From a virus, in IMG/VR virus record IMGVR_UViG_3300020156_000024: DNA of 64,000 bases; one strand, given 5' to 3'. Below are positions 43,975-54,075 of this stretch, one piece after another; position 1 is the stretch's first letter, and each line of letters opens with the position of its first letter. The position numbers were made by a program, and so were the translations under genes. Under the pieces are notes generated by a model, which was not told the origin of the DNA, made no database searches, and was given only the letters and a program-made list of their open reading frames with translations.

Positions 43975-44334
43975 TCAGTTCTCCTCAGGTTGCGGCGCAG
44001 GCGCGCCATGGTCGCGGATCAGGTGCTCGTCGAGTCGGCGTCCTACCGCGTTGGCGAGCGTCAACGCGGCCGTGGCCGTCTCCCGGTTGGTGGCCGCCTT
44101 CGAGTGCAGGTCGGTGATTTCGCGGTCGATGTTGGCGAGGGTCGCCGTGGTGTTCTGCACGTGGTCGGCAATCGTCAAGTCGTCGGATGTTTCGAGCTGC
44201 GCGGCAGTTGCCTTCGACGACTTCGCGACGTCGGCGACCCACTTCTTGATGCGCAGGAACGCGGCCACGAATGCCCCGATGAGGCCGCACAGCAGCAGCA
44301 GGAGCGTCAGCAAGGCATTGAGGTCGACGGTCAT
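43975..44334 (-). CDS. Membrane-anchored coiled-coil lysis accessory protein
   Basis: N-terminal TM, C-terminal RLDEHLIRDH; between endolysin and holin. Confidence 0.7.
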   Translation of the reverse strand: MTVDLNALLTLLLLLCGLIGAFVAAFLRIKKWVADVAKSSKATAAQLETSDDLTIADHVQNTTATLANIDREITDLHSKAATNRETATAALTLANAVGRRLDEHLIRDHGAPAPQPEEN

Positions 44335-45164
44335 CAGCGCACCGGGTTCTCGAACGCCGCCCGCCAGGTCGCGGGCCCCAGCTTGCCGTCCTGACGGAGT
44401 CCCTGGTCGGCCTGGAACTTCTTCACGAACCGCGCGTACTCGGGGCCGAAGAACCCGTCGTTCCCGCTGGGCAGGTTGGCCTTGAGGTTCCAGCCGCGCT
44501 TGCCCATCTGGACGCCCCAGCGCTTCAGCCAGTCGCGGTCCTTGACCCCCTTGAAGGAGCGGCCGTAGTAGCCCGACACGGACTCCTTGGGGCCGCCCTT
44601 GGGACCGAAGTAGTAGCCGGAGGGCAGCGGGAAGGAGTAGTGCGGTGTCGGCGCAGGCTTCGAGGTCGGCTTGGAGGGCTTGGGGGTCGAGGGCTTGGAC
44701 GGGACGTTCTCGAAGAACCGGCGGAACAGGCCGTTCTTGTCGCGGCCCGAGGAGTCCCGGAAGTAGGAGATGTGCGTGTGCTTCAGGTGCGACTTGTCGC
44801 CCGAGGAGCGCTTGCCGAGGCGGTCCCAGCGCTTGACGGTCTTGCCGTCCGGCGAGTAGATGACCTCTCGGATGTCCTTCGTGTCCTCAGCGCCCTTCAC
44901 GCACTCGGCAACGAGCCACTTCGAGAACTCGCGGAGGCGGTTGAAGTTGCCGACGTCGAGGGCGCTGGCGTAGTCAGAGAGGCCGTTCTTGTCGCGCGAG
45001 GACTCGTCCACGGAGTAGTCGTCGGCGTCGACGCGGTCCTCACCGCAGTGGTAGCCGCCGTCGTGGTCGTCGTCGCCGACGATGCCGAGGGAGACCCACG
45101 GGAGGTCGGTGACGTCGTGCAGGTAGGCCTGGGCCTTCTTCAGGGACGCGGGTGCGCGGGTCAT
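44334..45164 (-). CDS. Endolysin (M15-like Zn peptidase-type domain plus PG-binding domain)
   Basis: GIVGDDDH..GYH...SALDV...HLKHTHIS; C-terminal VKKFQADQGL.QDGKLGPATW. Confidence 0.8.
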   Translation of the reverse strand: MTRAPASLKKAQAYLHDVTDLPWVSLGIVGDDDHDGGYHCGEDRVDADDYSVDESSRDKNGLSDYASALDVGNFNRLREFSKWLVAECVKGAEDTKDIREVIYSPDGKTVKRWDRLGKRSSGDKSHLKHTHISYFRDSSGRDKNGLFRRFFENVPSKPSTPKPSKPTSKPAPTPHYSFPLPSGYYFGPKGGPKESVSGYYGRSFKGVKDRDWLKRWGVQMGKRGWNLKANLPSGNDGFFGPEYARFVKKFQADQGLRQDGKLGPATWRAAFENPVR

Positions 45165-45224
45165 GGTGTCCTCCTGGTTTCTGGGCACGCCGAGGGGCCG
45201 GACGGGCCGGTGAGTGAGTAGGGG

Positions 45225-46193
45225 CTAGGACTGGGTGCCGTAGCACTTGTCGACCTGGCACCACGAGACGCTGCCGGTCGTGTTGCGGACTTCGACCTGG
45301 ATGACCTTCTCGTGGCCGGGCAGGATGCTCGATCCCCAGCCAGGAATCGAATAGGTGCCCTGCGTGTCGCCGGACCCTGAGGCGATGAGGGCACCGGAGA
45401 TCAGCAGCCGCCACTCGGTGGAGCCACCGGACGCCGTGGTGTCCATGCCGAATGTCAACCGCGGATGCCACATGGTGGTGAACCCGTGGAACAGCTCCAC
45501 GTAGCTCGTGGAGTTCGTCGCCGGCCAGAACGGACCCGCAGTCTGATGCGTCGAGGCGACGGAGGGGTACATGGGGATGTTCAGGTAGGGCCTGGCGAGC
45601 CCGTTTCCTGAGGCCGCGTCGTTCGAGACGACGATGTTGTTGGCGTTGTCCCGCAGGGACCAGAACTGCGACCCCGGCGCCCCCGCGAGCGAGAAGGCGG
45701 TGCTCGAGCTGTCGCCGTTGTCGAAGGAGAAGATGAACCCACGGGACTCGTCCGTGCCCTGGAGGATCGTGCCGATCAGGACCAGTCCGTGCCCGGTCTC
45801 GGAGAACATCCGGAAGGTGCCGCCGTTGACGTTGATGCCGCCGCCGTCGTTGAGGGCGATGGAGGCCCCGCCGGTGACGTTGATGCCGCCGGCAGAGCCG
45901 AGGTTCATCTCCACGCTGGCGGGGTCGGCGGTGTCGACGGCGAAGACGGTCTCGCCGTTGATGTCGCGGGCGACGAGTTTGCCGCCGGTGATGATGATGT
46001 CGCCTTCGTCGTCAACGATGATGTCGCCGCCGCCTTCGACAGTGAGGGTGCCGCCGCCGAAGATTCGGACGCCGCGGGCGCCGATGGACGCGTCCTCGAG
46101 GCGCCGGCCGGAGGTGAGGTTGCGCAGCTGCCGTTCCAGGGCGGTGATCCGCTGGTTGACGTCGCCGGAGAACATCGGATCGGAAATGCCCAC
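45225..46193 (-). CDS. Minor tail protein
   Basis: RITALERQLRNL N-terminus, beta-rich; last tail gene. Confidence 0.75.
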   Translation of the reverse strand: MGISDPMFSGDVNQRITALERQLRNLTSGRRLEDASIGARGVRIFGGGTLTVEGGGDIIVDDEGDIIITGGKLVARDINGETVFAVDTADPASVEMNLGSAGGINVTGGASIALNDGGGINVNGGTFRMFSETGHGLVLIGTILQGTDESRGFIFSFDNGDSSSTAFSLAGAPGSQFWSLRDNANNIVVSNDAASGNGLARPYLNIPMYPSVASTHQTAGPFWPATNSTSYVELFHGFTTMWHPRLTFGMDTTASGGSTEWRLLISGALIASGSGDTQGTYSIPGWGSSILPGHEKVIQVEVRNTTGSVSWCQVDKCYGTQS

Positions 46194-46202
46194 TCGTCCT
46201 CC

Positions 46203-47345
46203 TCAGAGTCGCAGGGTGGGGATGAATTCGGCTTTCTCGGTGTTGAACTTCCAGCCGATGAGGCGGCCGATGCCGTAGATCCCGGTCGGGTGCATGTGGC
46301 CTGTCATTGCGAACTCGGTGTCGTCGCCGAGGTCCAGATCGATGCCGAGGCGGGCGGGGAAGACGTCCCACCGGGCGGTGACGTCGATGGTGGTGGTGCC
46401 GCCATCGAGCCGCGCCAGATCGGATTTCGCGTGCCCGTTCAGGACCAAGGGGTCTTTGATCGAGGAGGAGGGCGAGCGGCGGTTCTCCACCCGCGGGACG
46501 CCGGAGGCCAAGGCGATCTCGTTGCGATAGTGGAGCGAATGCGGCCGGTCCTCCCCTTCACCGGAGGAGTACGTGAACGCATCGTTGGCGCCCATGCCCT
46601 TGCCGTAGTCGTAGGAGACGCTGTAGCCAGTGACCGACTCGGCATCAGTCGAGAGCGGTCCCCGGGGGGTGGTGGAGCCGATCCGGTCCCTCACCTTGAA
46701 GATCAGCCGCACCGACTGCTGCTTGAACGACCGCCAGTCGGGGTCGATCGTCCATTCTGGTCCGCCGTCGACATCCATGAGTTCCTGGAGCCGCTGGTAG
46801 TAGGTGGCGTCCTCGTCGTCCCAGTAGGTGCGGGAGCGGTTCCGCGGCCCTGAAGGGATCGCGTCGATGTCGAGGTTGATGCCCTCGGTGTTGGTCAACC
46901 TCGCGAGGTTCGCGGCGATCGTCGCCAAGTCGAGGTTGCTGTACGAGACGTCGCCGACGTAGCGGCGGTCCAAGTAGCTCTCGGGGGTGGCGCAGCCCAG
47001 CTCTACAAGCCCATCGGAGCCGCCGCGGACTTTCCAGATGATCCCGGCCCACGCGGGCCGGTCGTTGACGAGCGCGACCATCATCCGGGTCGGGAGCTCG
47101 TCGGGGCCGACGGCCTGGTTCAGCAGGCCCCCCATGGCCAGGTTCCCCACCAGGGGCGCGGGAATCGTCAGCGTGGAGGACGTGTACGCCCCCAGGGCCC
47201 TGGAAATGGACCCTTCGGTGCCGGGCATGTAGGCGACCTTGTCGCCCGAGACCAGGTCGCAGGCGATCCACTCCAGGAGTGCCCTGACCTGCGCAATCGA
47301 GTTAGGATTGTTGAACGGACTCCAATGCGGACTCGACAGCGGCAA
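46203..47345 (-). CDS. Minor tail / baseplate hub protein (start uncertain)
   Basis: WIACDLVSG, AWAGIIW, DGGPEWTID, LGIDLDLGD patterns of actinophage minor tail proteins. Confidence 0.8.
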   Translation of the reverse strand: MPLSSPHWSPFNNPNSIAQVRALLEWIACDLVSGDKVAYMPGTEGSISRALGAYTSSTLTIPAPLVGNLAMGGLLNQAVGPDELPTRMMVALVNDRPAWAGIIWKVRGGSDGLVELGCATPESYLDRRYVGDVSYSNLDLATIAANLARLTNTEGINLDIDAIPSGPRNRSRTYWDDEDATYYQRLQELMDVDGGPEWTIDPDWRSFKQQSVRLIFKVRDRIGSTTPRGPLSTDAESVTGYSVSYDYGKGMGANDAFTYSSGEGEDRPHSLHYRNEIALASGVPRVENRRSPSSSIKDPLVLNGHAKSDLARLDGGTTTIDVTARWDVFPARLGIDLDLGDDTEFAMTGHMHPTGIYGIGRLIGWKFNTEKAEFIPTLRL

Positions 47346-47847
47346 GGCGCTGGTCGAGCTGGGCGAGCAACATCAGCGCCTGGTCGGCTTTCGAGGGGAG
47401 CCCGATGCCGCGGTGCTTCACGTAGTCGACGGTCACCCAGATGTTCGAGTCCGGCCCGGCGACGATGTCCCAGGCGGCCTGCTGCGTGAGGTCGAGCACG
47501 ACCCCGTTCTGCGCGAGCTTGATCGTCAGGGTCCCGTTGCCGCCGGAGACGCCGGCCATGATGCCCAGCCCGGAGAGGGTCTCGTCCTCGTCCGCGTTGA
47601 CCGACCCCACGGACCCCTGGTTGAGGGAGTCGGTGGTGATGACCAGCCTGCCGGAGGCGTTCACGGAGACGCCGGTGATGCCCACGGCGATGTGCCCGCT
47701 GTTGGCATGGAGGTAGGGGCCGCCGGTGATGAACGCGCCGCCACCGGCGACGGTGCCGGGCTCGAACCGGATGACGCCGGTGATCTTGCCCCATTCGGTG
47801 TCCTCGTTGAGGGACGAGTCCATGAACGCGCCGTATTCGTCAGCCAT
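47302..47847 (-). CDS. Hypothetical beta-rich protein with C-terminal coiled coil, within tail module
   Basis: GGAG RBS; LAQLDQRLAAVESALE tail. Confidence 0.65.
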   Translation of the reverse strand: MADEYGAFMDSSLNEDTEWGKITGVIRFEPGTVAGGGAFITGGPYLHANSGHIAVGITGVSVNASGRLVITTDSLNQGSVGSVNADEDETLSGLGIMAGVSGGNGTLTIKLAQNGVVLDLTQQAAWDIVAGPDSNIWVTVDYVKHRGIGLPSKADQALMLLAQLDQRLAAVESALESVQQS

Positions 47848-47856
47848 GCTGTGCTC

Positions 47857-49428
47857 CTAGACGTAGAGGTCGATGTAGACGCGGCCTGCGCCGCCGAGGC
47901 CGCCGGGCCGGGCCGACTGCGAGTTGCCGTTCCCCGCGCCCGCGCCACCACTGCCCGCGCCTTGGCCTTCCTGGCCGTCGTAGCCGGTGGTCGCGAAGCG
48001 CTGCCGCCCCCCGGAGCCGAAGCGGGAGGAGCCGCCGGCGCCGCCGGAGGCGAACACGGTGACGCCCGTGCCGCCGGACCACATGGGGATGCCGCCGGGC
48101 TGGCCGATGACGACGACGTCGCCGGTGCCGGTGGTGACGTGCGGGGACGCGTTCTGCCCGTTGAAGCCGGTGCTTGCGGTGCCGGTGGGGCCGCCCGCGC
48201 CGCCGGAGGCGGAGCAGTGCGCGCCCACGGAGGAGGTGCCGCCGGTAGACCCGGCGGCACCTGCGGTGACGGCCCCTGCGGCGCCGACGGTGACGGTCTC
48301 GGACGCGGAGAGGGCGGTGGAGAGCGCCCACTTCTCGGCGTAGTTCCCGGCCTGCCCACCGCCCCCGGCGGAGCCTTGGGTCGCGGAGGTCGCTTGCGCC
48401 CCGCCGCCGCCGCCGCCGGCGCCCTGGACGCGCATGCGGACGGCCCGCATGCCGGGGTAGTCGGCTTTCACGAACGTCCCGGACGCGGTGTAGGCGATGG
48501 TCTGCCAGTACTGGTAGCCCAGGGCTGAGGCGACGGTGTCCCAGTTCCCGGCCCCGTCCTGCCGGACCAGGGCTTTGATGTCCTCGACGTCGGCGTAGTC
48601 GCCCGCCCGCACCGAGACGGTGGGGAGTGCGGACCTGGCGGGGACGGGGAGGATGCCGCCGGCGGCGACGACGAACTCGCCGTCGTAGGTGATCTCGGGC
48701 GCGCCGGTGCCGAACTGGGGGACGTCGAATCTGGCGAGGCGCAGTTCCCCGGCGGGGACGGTGGGTTCGACGGGGATGGCCGCGGGGATGCCGTCGATGA
48801 GGTACGTGTCGACGAGGATGATGCCGCCGACGTTGTCCCGCATGCGGCCGGCGAGGAGGTCGATGCGGTCGTTCGACCCGTCGGCGGCGGTGAGTTCGTG
48901 CGTGGTGGATTCGATCGCGCACAGGTACGGGCCGGGCTGGGAGCCCCCTGGTACGGGGGTGATGACGCAGTTCATGTCCTCGACGGTCACCGTAGAACCC
49001 GCGAGGGTGACTTCGTCGGTGTCGCCGTTGCGGATGATCCCGGCGCGGGTGCCGAACCGGCCCACACTGGGCGCCGAGGCCGCACGGACTTTGGTGATGA
49101 GGCCGCCGAGGGCTTCGCGCACGCCCTGGGCGTCGTAGACGGCCGCGGCCTCGTCCACGACTGCGGTGCCGTCGGCGGTGAACGTCATGACGGGCGCCCC
49201 GGGGGACGGGCGGAGCTGGAATGTGTCGGCGGTGACGTTCGCGGCGTAGTACGGGGCCCCCGCCACGAGCACGCCGACTGCTCCGCCCGTAGGTGTGGAG
49301 GTGACGACCACTTCGCCGTCCGCCAGCCCGTGCGCGGTGAGGGTCAGCAGGTCGTCGGCGGCGGTGATGGTGGCGGTCCCGAGCGCGGCCCCGGAGGCCC
49401 CGGTGGTGGCGAACAGCGCAGTCGTCAC
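47857..49428 (-). CDS. Minor tail protein with C-terminal glycine-rich domain
   Basis: HGLADG...YYAANVTADTFQL N-domain; YTASGTF.K...VQGAGGGGGG...GGAGRVYI Gly-rich domain. Confidence 0.85.
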   Translation of the reverse strand: MTTALFATTGASGAALGTATITAADDLLTLTAHGLADGEVVVTSTPTGGAVGVLVAGAPYYAANVTADTFQLRPSPGAPVMTFTADGTAVVDEAAAVYDAQGVREALGGLITKVRAASAPSVGRFGTRAGIIRNGDTDEVTLAGSTVTVEDMNCVITPVPGGSQPGPYLCAIESTTHELTAADGSNDRIDLLAGRMRDNVGGIILVDTYLIDGIPAAIPVEPTVPAGELRLARFDVPQFGTGAPEITYDGEFVVAAGGILPVPARSALPTVSVRAGDYADVEDIKALVRQDGAGNWDTVASALGYQYWQTIAYTASGTFVKADYPGMRAVRMRVQGAGGGGGGAQATSATQGSAGGGGQAGNYAEKWALSTALSASETVTVGAAGAVTAGAAGSTGGTSSVGAHCSASGGAGGPTGTASTGFNGQNASPHVTTGTGDVVVIGQPGGIPMWSGGTGVTVFASGGAGGSSRFGSGGRQRFATTGYDGQEGQGAGSGGAGAGNGNSQSARPGGLGGAGRVYIDLYV

Positions 49429-49437
49429 GGTGTCTCC

Positions 49438-50292
49438 CTAGTAGGTGTCGCGGTGGCGCACAGTGAGTCGCGCCTCGGTGTTGTAGTCGTCGGCCTCGAA
49501 CCGGATCAACCCTGAGCCGGTGAGCAGCGGCCAGTCGCCGTACGCGTCACGCAGACGTGAGGTGGTGCCGTTGAGGGTCACGAGTTTCCGCTGCGTGTCG
49601 ATGTCGAGCCACTCCCCGACGCCGAGGACGGTGTCGAAGTGGAGGGTCCTTCCCCCGGCGGCGTCGATGACGGTGATGCGGGGGCGGGTGACCGGCCCGT
49701 CGATTCGCAGCAGCAACCGCGCCGGCGTGGTTCCGAGGTTGGTGATGTCGGCTTCGCCGTCGGCAACGATCGAGTAGAACGTCAACCCGCCCATGGTGAA
49801 CGGGGTTGTGAAGCCACCAGACCGCTTGAGGAGGCCGATGGTGGCGGTGTATTCGGTGCCGGAGTAGATCGCCGGGTCGGGGCAGAACAGCTCCGCTTCG
49901 ACCCACGCTTTCCCGGTGCGGGCCCGCTGGTTGCGTAGCCGGGCTTTACGGGGTCGGGCGTACATGAGGTATTCGGTGCCCGCGGCGTTCCAGCGGATCT
50001 CGACCTCGCTGCCGGTGCGGACGGGTGCGAGTGCGGCGTCCAGGGCCCACCAGGCGGCCATCAGCTCCTGCCAGGAACCGGTGTGGATGCCCAGCTTCAT
50101 GGGGACGGCGGTGGCCGCGCGCCATTCGGCACCGGACCATTCCCCGTCACCCCAGGCGATGTCCCCGCCCTGGGAGGCGTTCGTGTCCCGCTCGAACGGC
50201 TCGAACTCGTTCACCCGGTAGACCGTGCCGTGGTGCAAGACCAGGGGGGTGCCGCCGGGGCGGGTGATCGAGATCTGTCCGTCGGTCAGCAT
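49438..50292 (-). CDS. Distal tail protein (Dit)
   Basis: Follows tape measure; CPDPAIYS, NLGTTPA...IDGPVTRPRI motifs. Confidence 0.8.
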   Translation of the reverse strand: MLTDGQISITRPGGTPLVLHHGTVYRVNEFEPFERDTNASQGGDIAWGDGEWSGAEWRAATAVPMKLGIHTGSWQELMAAWWALDAALAPVRTGSEVEIRWNAAGTEYLMYARPRKARLRNQRARTGKAWVEAELFCPDPAIYSGTEYTATIGLLKRSGGFTTPFTMGGLTFYSIVADGEADITNLGTTPARLLLRIDGPVTRPRITVIDAAGGRTLHFDTVLGVGEWLDIDTQRKLVTLNGTTSRLRDAYGDWPLLTGSGLIRFEADDYNTEARLTVRHRDTY

Positions 50293-52559
50293 CAGGCCAC
50301 CGCCATCGCGTTCTCGCGGCGAGCCGCTTCGGTGAGGTTCGCGCCCAGGCGCACATCCACCCGGTTGCGCGCTTCGGCGAGTTCACGCAGGAGCGCCCGG
50401 TCATCCTCGGACAGCGACGCGGTCGCGTCGACCTTGAGGCTCGCCGGGGCCGCGGACCCGTCGACCTGGAGGCCGATGTCCGAGGTGAGACCAGCCAATG
50501 CCCGCTGGACGGTGGGGATCGCGCGTTCGAGGCCGTCGACGAACCCGCCGATGACCATCTCGCCCGCGGGCCCGAGGATGGTCTTGTCGCGCTCAGCGGG
50601 GCCCTTCCAGTCCGGGAGCATGTCGGTCAGGGAGCCGAGGGTGTCCTGGACTTCGCCGAACTTCGCCTTGAGCCCGTCGAGCAGGCCATCGATGATGGCC
50701 TTTCCGGCGTCCTTGAGCAGCGACCCGAGATTGCCGAGGGCGTCCATGATCTTCCCCGGAATGTCCTTGACCCAGTTGACCAGCGAGCTCAGTTTCTCCT
50801 TGGCGGCGTTGTAGACGCCTTGGAACCACCCGGCGACCTTCCCCGGGAGGGAGGCGAGCCAGCCGATGGCGGCGAGGAGGCCGTTGACCTGGTTGCGGGC
50901 GTGGCTGACGATCGCGTTCCAGATGCCCACGAAGAACGCCTTGATCGCGTTCCAGATCCCGACCACCGTGTTCGTGATGGAGTTCCAGACGCCGACGAAG
51001 AAGCCCTTGATCGACTCCCAGATGCCGACGAAGAACCCGGCGACGGTGTCCCACAGGTCCACGAAGAAGTCCGCGATCGCGCCCCAGATCGCAACGGCCT
51101 TCTCCTTGATCCACTCCCAGGCCGAAACCAGGGCGGCAGAGACGGAATCCCAGTTGATGATGATCAGCGCGATCGCCGCGATCAGGGCGAAGATCAGCAT
51201 GATGATCAGCAGGATCGGGTTGGCGTACATTGCGATGTTCAATGCCCACTGCGCGGCAGCCCAGGCGAACAGCACGGCTACGAGGACCGGGACGAGGCCC
51301 TCGATCTGGGAGAACCAGCTGATGATGTTCCCGATCGGCTCGATCAGGGGGATGACGGCGTCGAGGACGTCGGCGAAGCCCTCGGCGAGGGTCTTGACGT
51401 CGATGCCGCCGATCGCGTCGCCGAGTTCGCGGACGAGGTCGCGCAGGGACGGGCCGACCTCCTGCGCGATGGTGGCGATGTGGGGGGCGAGGTCTTCCCC
51501 GAAGGCGCTGGCGAGTTCGAGGATGATCGGGACGACCGCGTCCGCTACCGACGAGAGGGCGGAGAAGAACGAGGAGAGCGCCTCCTGGCCCTTGGCGGAG
51601 TTGAAGAAGTCGGCGAGACGGCCGGTGAGGTTTTCGATGACGCCGAGGAGGCCGCCGCCGGACTCGTTCGCGGCCGAGAACACGGCCCCGAAGACCGCCC
51701 CGATGTTCTGGACGATCCCGCCCAGTGTGGACAGGGTGTCGAGCATCGTCTGGATGATCTCGTTCAACCGGCCGGTGGCCTGTGCCTCCTGCATCCACTC
51801 GCCGAAGTTCTCGCCGAGGTTCGCCACGGCGAGGCCGGCGCGCTCGATCAGGGGCGCGAAGGTCTCCATGAGGACGCCGAAGCCCCGCACGAAGCCGCCC
51901 ATGCCCTCCGCGGCGGTTTTCAGGCCGTCCTCGGTGGACTGGAGGACGGCGTTCATGCCCGCGAGGAACTGCGGCGTGTCCGCGGCGTCCAGGGCGGAGG
52001 CGGCGATCTCGGAGAGGCCGTCGGCGACCCCGGTGAGGCCGGTCTTCAGGTGGGGGAGGACGTTGTTCGCGACCTCCGAGAACGTGCCCGACAGGCCCTC
52101 GAAGAACTTGCCCTGGACGGACTTCTGGAGGTCTTCCCACTCGTCCGAGAGGCCCGAGACCGCCTTCGCGAAGTCCCTGGCGGGCCCAGGAAGGCGCTCC
52201 AGTGCTTCCTCGTCGCCCGCGATCGCATCGCCCATGCCCTGGAATGCGAGGGTGAGCGTGCCGATGACGGCCGCTCCGGCCGCGGCGAACGCGGGGACGG
52301 CCGCGCCGAGGCCCACGATGGCCGTCCCGAGGGTTCCGGCGAGGCTGAGAACCGGTCCGAGTGCTGAGGCGAGCCCGGCCGCACCGGTCGCGAGGGACGC
52401 GAACGCGGTGGTCTTCCCCAACCCGCCGAGTAGGCCGCTCAAGCTGCCCATCTTCTTGCCGGTGCCGTCGAGCTTGTCGTGCACCCGCGCGATGGTGCGG
52501 TTGAAGCCCTTGTCGTCGGCGGTGATGATCGCGTTGAGCTCGCCCAGATTCAGGGCCAT
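50292..52559 (-). CDS. Tape measure protein
   Basis: 755 aa Ala/Gly-rich helical protein with ~11-aa periodic FF..IW repeats, WKGP. Confidence 0.92.
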   Translation of the reverse strand: MALNLGELNAIITADDKGFNRTIARVHDKLDGTGKKMGSLSGLLGGLGKTTAFASLATGAAGLASALGPVLSLAGTLGTAIVGLGAAVPAFAAAGAAVIGTLTLAFQGMGDAIAGDEEALERLPGPARDFAKAVSGLSDEWEDLQKSVQGKFFEGLSGTFSEVANNVLPHLKTGLTGVADGLSEIAASALDAADTPQFLAGMNAVLQSTEDGLKTAAEGMGGFVRGFGVLMETFAPLIERAGLAVANLGENFGEWMQEAQATGRLNEIIQTMLDTLSTLGGIVQNIGAVFGAVFSAANESGGGLLGVIENLTGRLADFFNSAKGQEALSSFFSALSSVADAVVPIILELASAFGEDLAPHIATIAQEVGPSLRDLVRELGDAIGGIDVKTLAEGFADVLDAVIPLIEPIGNIISWFSQIEGLVPVLVAVLFAWAAAQWALNIAMYANPILLIIMLIFALIAAIALIIINWDSVSAALVSAWEWIKEKAVAIWGAIADFFVDLWDTVAGFFVGIWESIKGFFVGVWNSITNTVVGIWNAIKAFFVGIWNAIVSHARNQVNGLLAAIGWLASLPGKVAGWFQGVYNAAKEKLSSLVNWVKDIPGKIMDALGNLGSLLKDAGKAIIDGLLDGLKAKFGEVQDTLGSLTDMLPDWKGPAERDKTILGPAGEMVIGGFVDGLERAIPTVQRALAGLTSDIGLQVDGSAAPASLKVDATASLSEDDRALLRELAEARNRVDVRLGANLTEAARRENAMAVA

Positions 52560-52569
52560 CCCCTACCCC

Positions 52570-53312
52570 CTATCTGCGGCGGACGTGCGGGACAGCGGGC
52601 GTCTTGGGCTTCTTCTCAGGGGGCGCGAGTTTGCGCTGAATCCGCGACTCGCACGTCAGGAGGTTCAGGACGCGGATGCGGAACCAGGACCACGTGCGGT
52701 CGTCGAGGATTCCCGAGCCGGTGTCGATCCCGTACTCGGAGTGGAGGTCGGCGTCGATGAGGTCCGCGTGCTTGCGCACAAGGTCCCCGAACGTCAGCTG
52801 CGGGTCTTCGTACGACTCGTAGAGGCCCGAGGCTTCGTCGTAGTCGCCGACACCCCAACGGTCTTGGTCCGGGAGCCAGACGCGCGGCTCGTCGCCCGCC
52901 GTTCCGCCCGGTTCGCTTTTGGGGCCTCGCCGCCGTTCTCCCAGACTTTCCGGGCGCCCGCCAGGCCCCGCAGCACCCACGCGTACGCAACCTGGCCGAC
53001 GAGCTGGACCTTCTTCCAACGGACGCCGTCGGCTTCCATGTCGTCGTACGTGGAGCCCAGCAGCTCCTCGTAGAGGTCCTTCTCGGCCTCGTCGGACAGG
53101 TGCAGGTCGGCGTCGATGTCCTCGCCGTCCTCGCCCGCGTCGAGGCGGCGCTGGGCCTCCATGGTCTTGTCGGTCAGGCGGGTGACCCACCTGCCGGTGG
53201 TGGCGGAGACGTCGGCGATCACGTACTCGCGGGGGCCGCCGGGGAGGTCGAGGAGCACGACCAAGTCGCCCGCCTCGTCCTCCCAGACGTGCTTTTCAGC
53301 GTCAGTAGCCAT
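52570..53312 (-). CDS. Tail assembly chaperone GT form via -1 frameshift at CCCAAAA (52917-52923)
   Basis: C_CCA_AAA heptamer links G frame (EAPK) to downstream frame (PKSEP...DADLHSEYGID). Confidence 0.75.
52794..53312 (-). CDS. Tail assembly chaperone (G form)
   Basis: Between major tail and tape measure; NRAERRA motif. Confidence 0.85.
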   Translation of the reverse strand: MATDAEKHVWEDEAGDLVVLLDLPGGPREYVIADVSATTGRWVTRLTDKTMEAQRRLDAGEDGEDIDADLHLSDEAEKDLYEELLGSTYDDMEADGVRWKKVQLVGQVAYAWVLRGLAGARKVWENGGEAPKANRAERRATSRASGSRTKTVGVSATTTKPRASTSRTKTRS

Positions 53313-53326
53313 GGGGGACTCCCGTT

Positions 53327-54064
53327 CTAGACGTAGGTGTAGTTGTCGGCGGCGGTGTCCGCAGACACGCCGTTCGGGGTGGTGACCTTGACCTGGACGG
53401 TCGAAGCGGCCACGGCCGGAGCGATGGCGGAGATCTTCGTGGCCGAGATGACCTCGAAGTCCGTCGCAGCGGCGACGCCGAACTCCACGGCGGTCGCGCC
53501 GGTGAAGTGCGCGCCCGTGATCGTGACGAGCGTGCCGCCCGCCTCCGGGCCGGTGGCCGGGGACAGTGCGGTGACGATCGGGACCGGGGCCTCGTTGACC
53601 GGGTTCGGGATGGTGACTAGCGCGGGGCTAGTGGCGGAGGGTGTGACGGTGATCGAGACGCGCTCGAGGTCGGCCATGCCGCCCCCGTCCGGCGCCCACG
53701 TGATCAGCCCGAAGCCCTCGTAGGCCTCGTCCGAACCGAGCTTGTCGAACCAGCGCTGGTGGACCACGCCGTCCTCGGAGTCGATGGCCATCGACGCGAG
53801 CCGGAGCTTCTTGTGGACCGGGTTCTCCACGTGGGTCGTGGAATCCTTGCGATGGGAGATGTTCGCCTCGAGGCCCCACACGAGCATGGTGCGGGTCGAG
53901 CCGCCCCACCCGTCGGACTCGTAGTCGTTGTCCTCCTGGTCGGTGGGTTCCGTGGAGGACGTGAACTCCTGGAGGCCCAGGACGGTCTGGAAGTCGGGGA
54001 CCGCGAGCGTTCCCATGTTGATCTGCCAGCGCCACTTGCGTTGCAGCGCAGTCGATTCAGCCAT
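53327..54064 (-). CDS. Major tail protein with C-terminal IPT/TIG domain
   Basis: LQRKWRWQIN N-terminus; PIVTALSPATGPEAGGTLVTITGAHF IPT motif. Confidence 0.9.
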   Translation of the reverse strand: MAESTALQRKWRWQINMGTLAVPDFQTVLGLQEFTSSTEPTDQEDNDYESDGWGGSTRTMLVWGLEANISHRKDSTTHVENPVHKKLRLASMAIDSEDGVVHQRWFDKLGSDEAYEGFGLITWAPDGGGMADLERVSITVTPSATSPALVTIPNPVNEAPVPIVTALSPATGPEAGGTLVTITGAHFTGATAVEFGVAAATDFEVISATKISAIAPAVAASTVQVKVTTPNGVSADTAADNYTYV

Positions 54065-54075
54065 TGCTGATGCTC

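Noticed and set aside
45225-49428. Diversity-generating retroelement or invertible tail-fibre cassette
   Set aside because: No reverse transcriptase, TR/VR pair or invertase seen in the window
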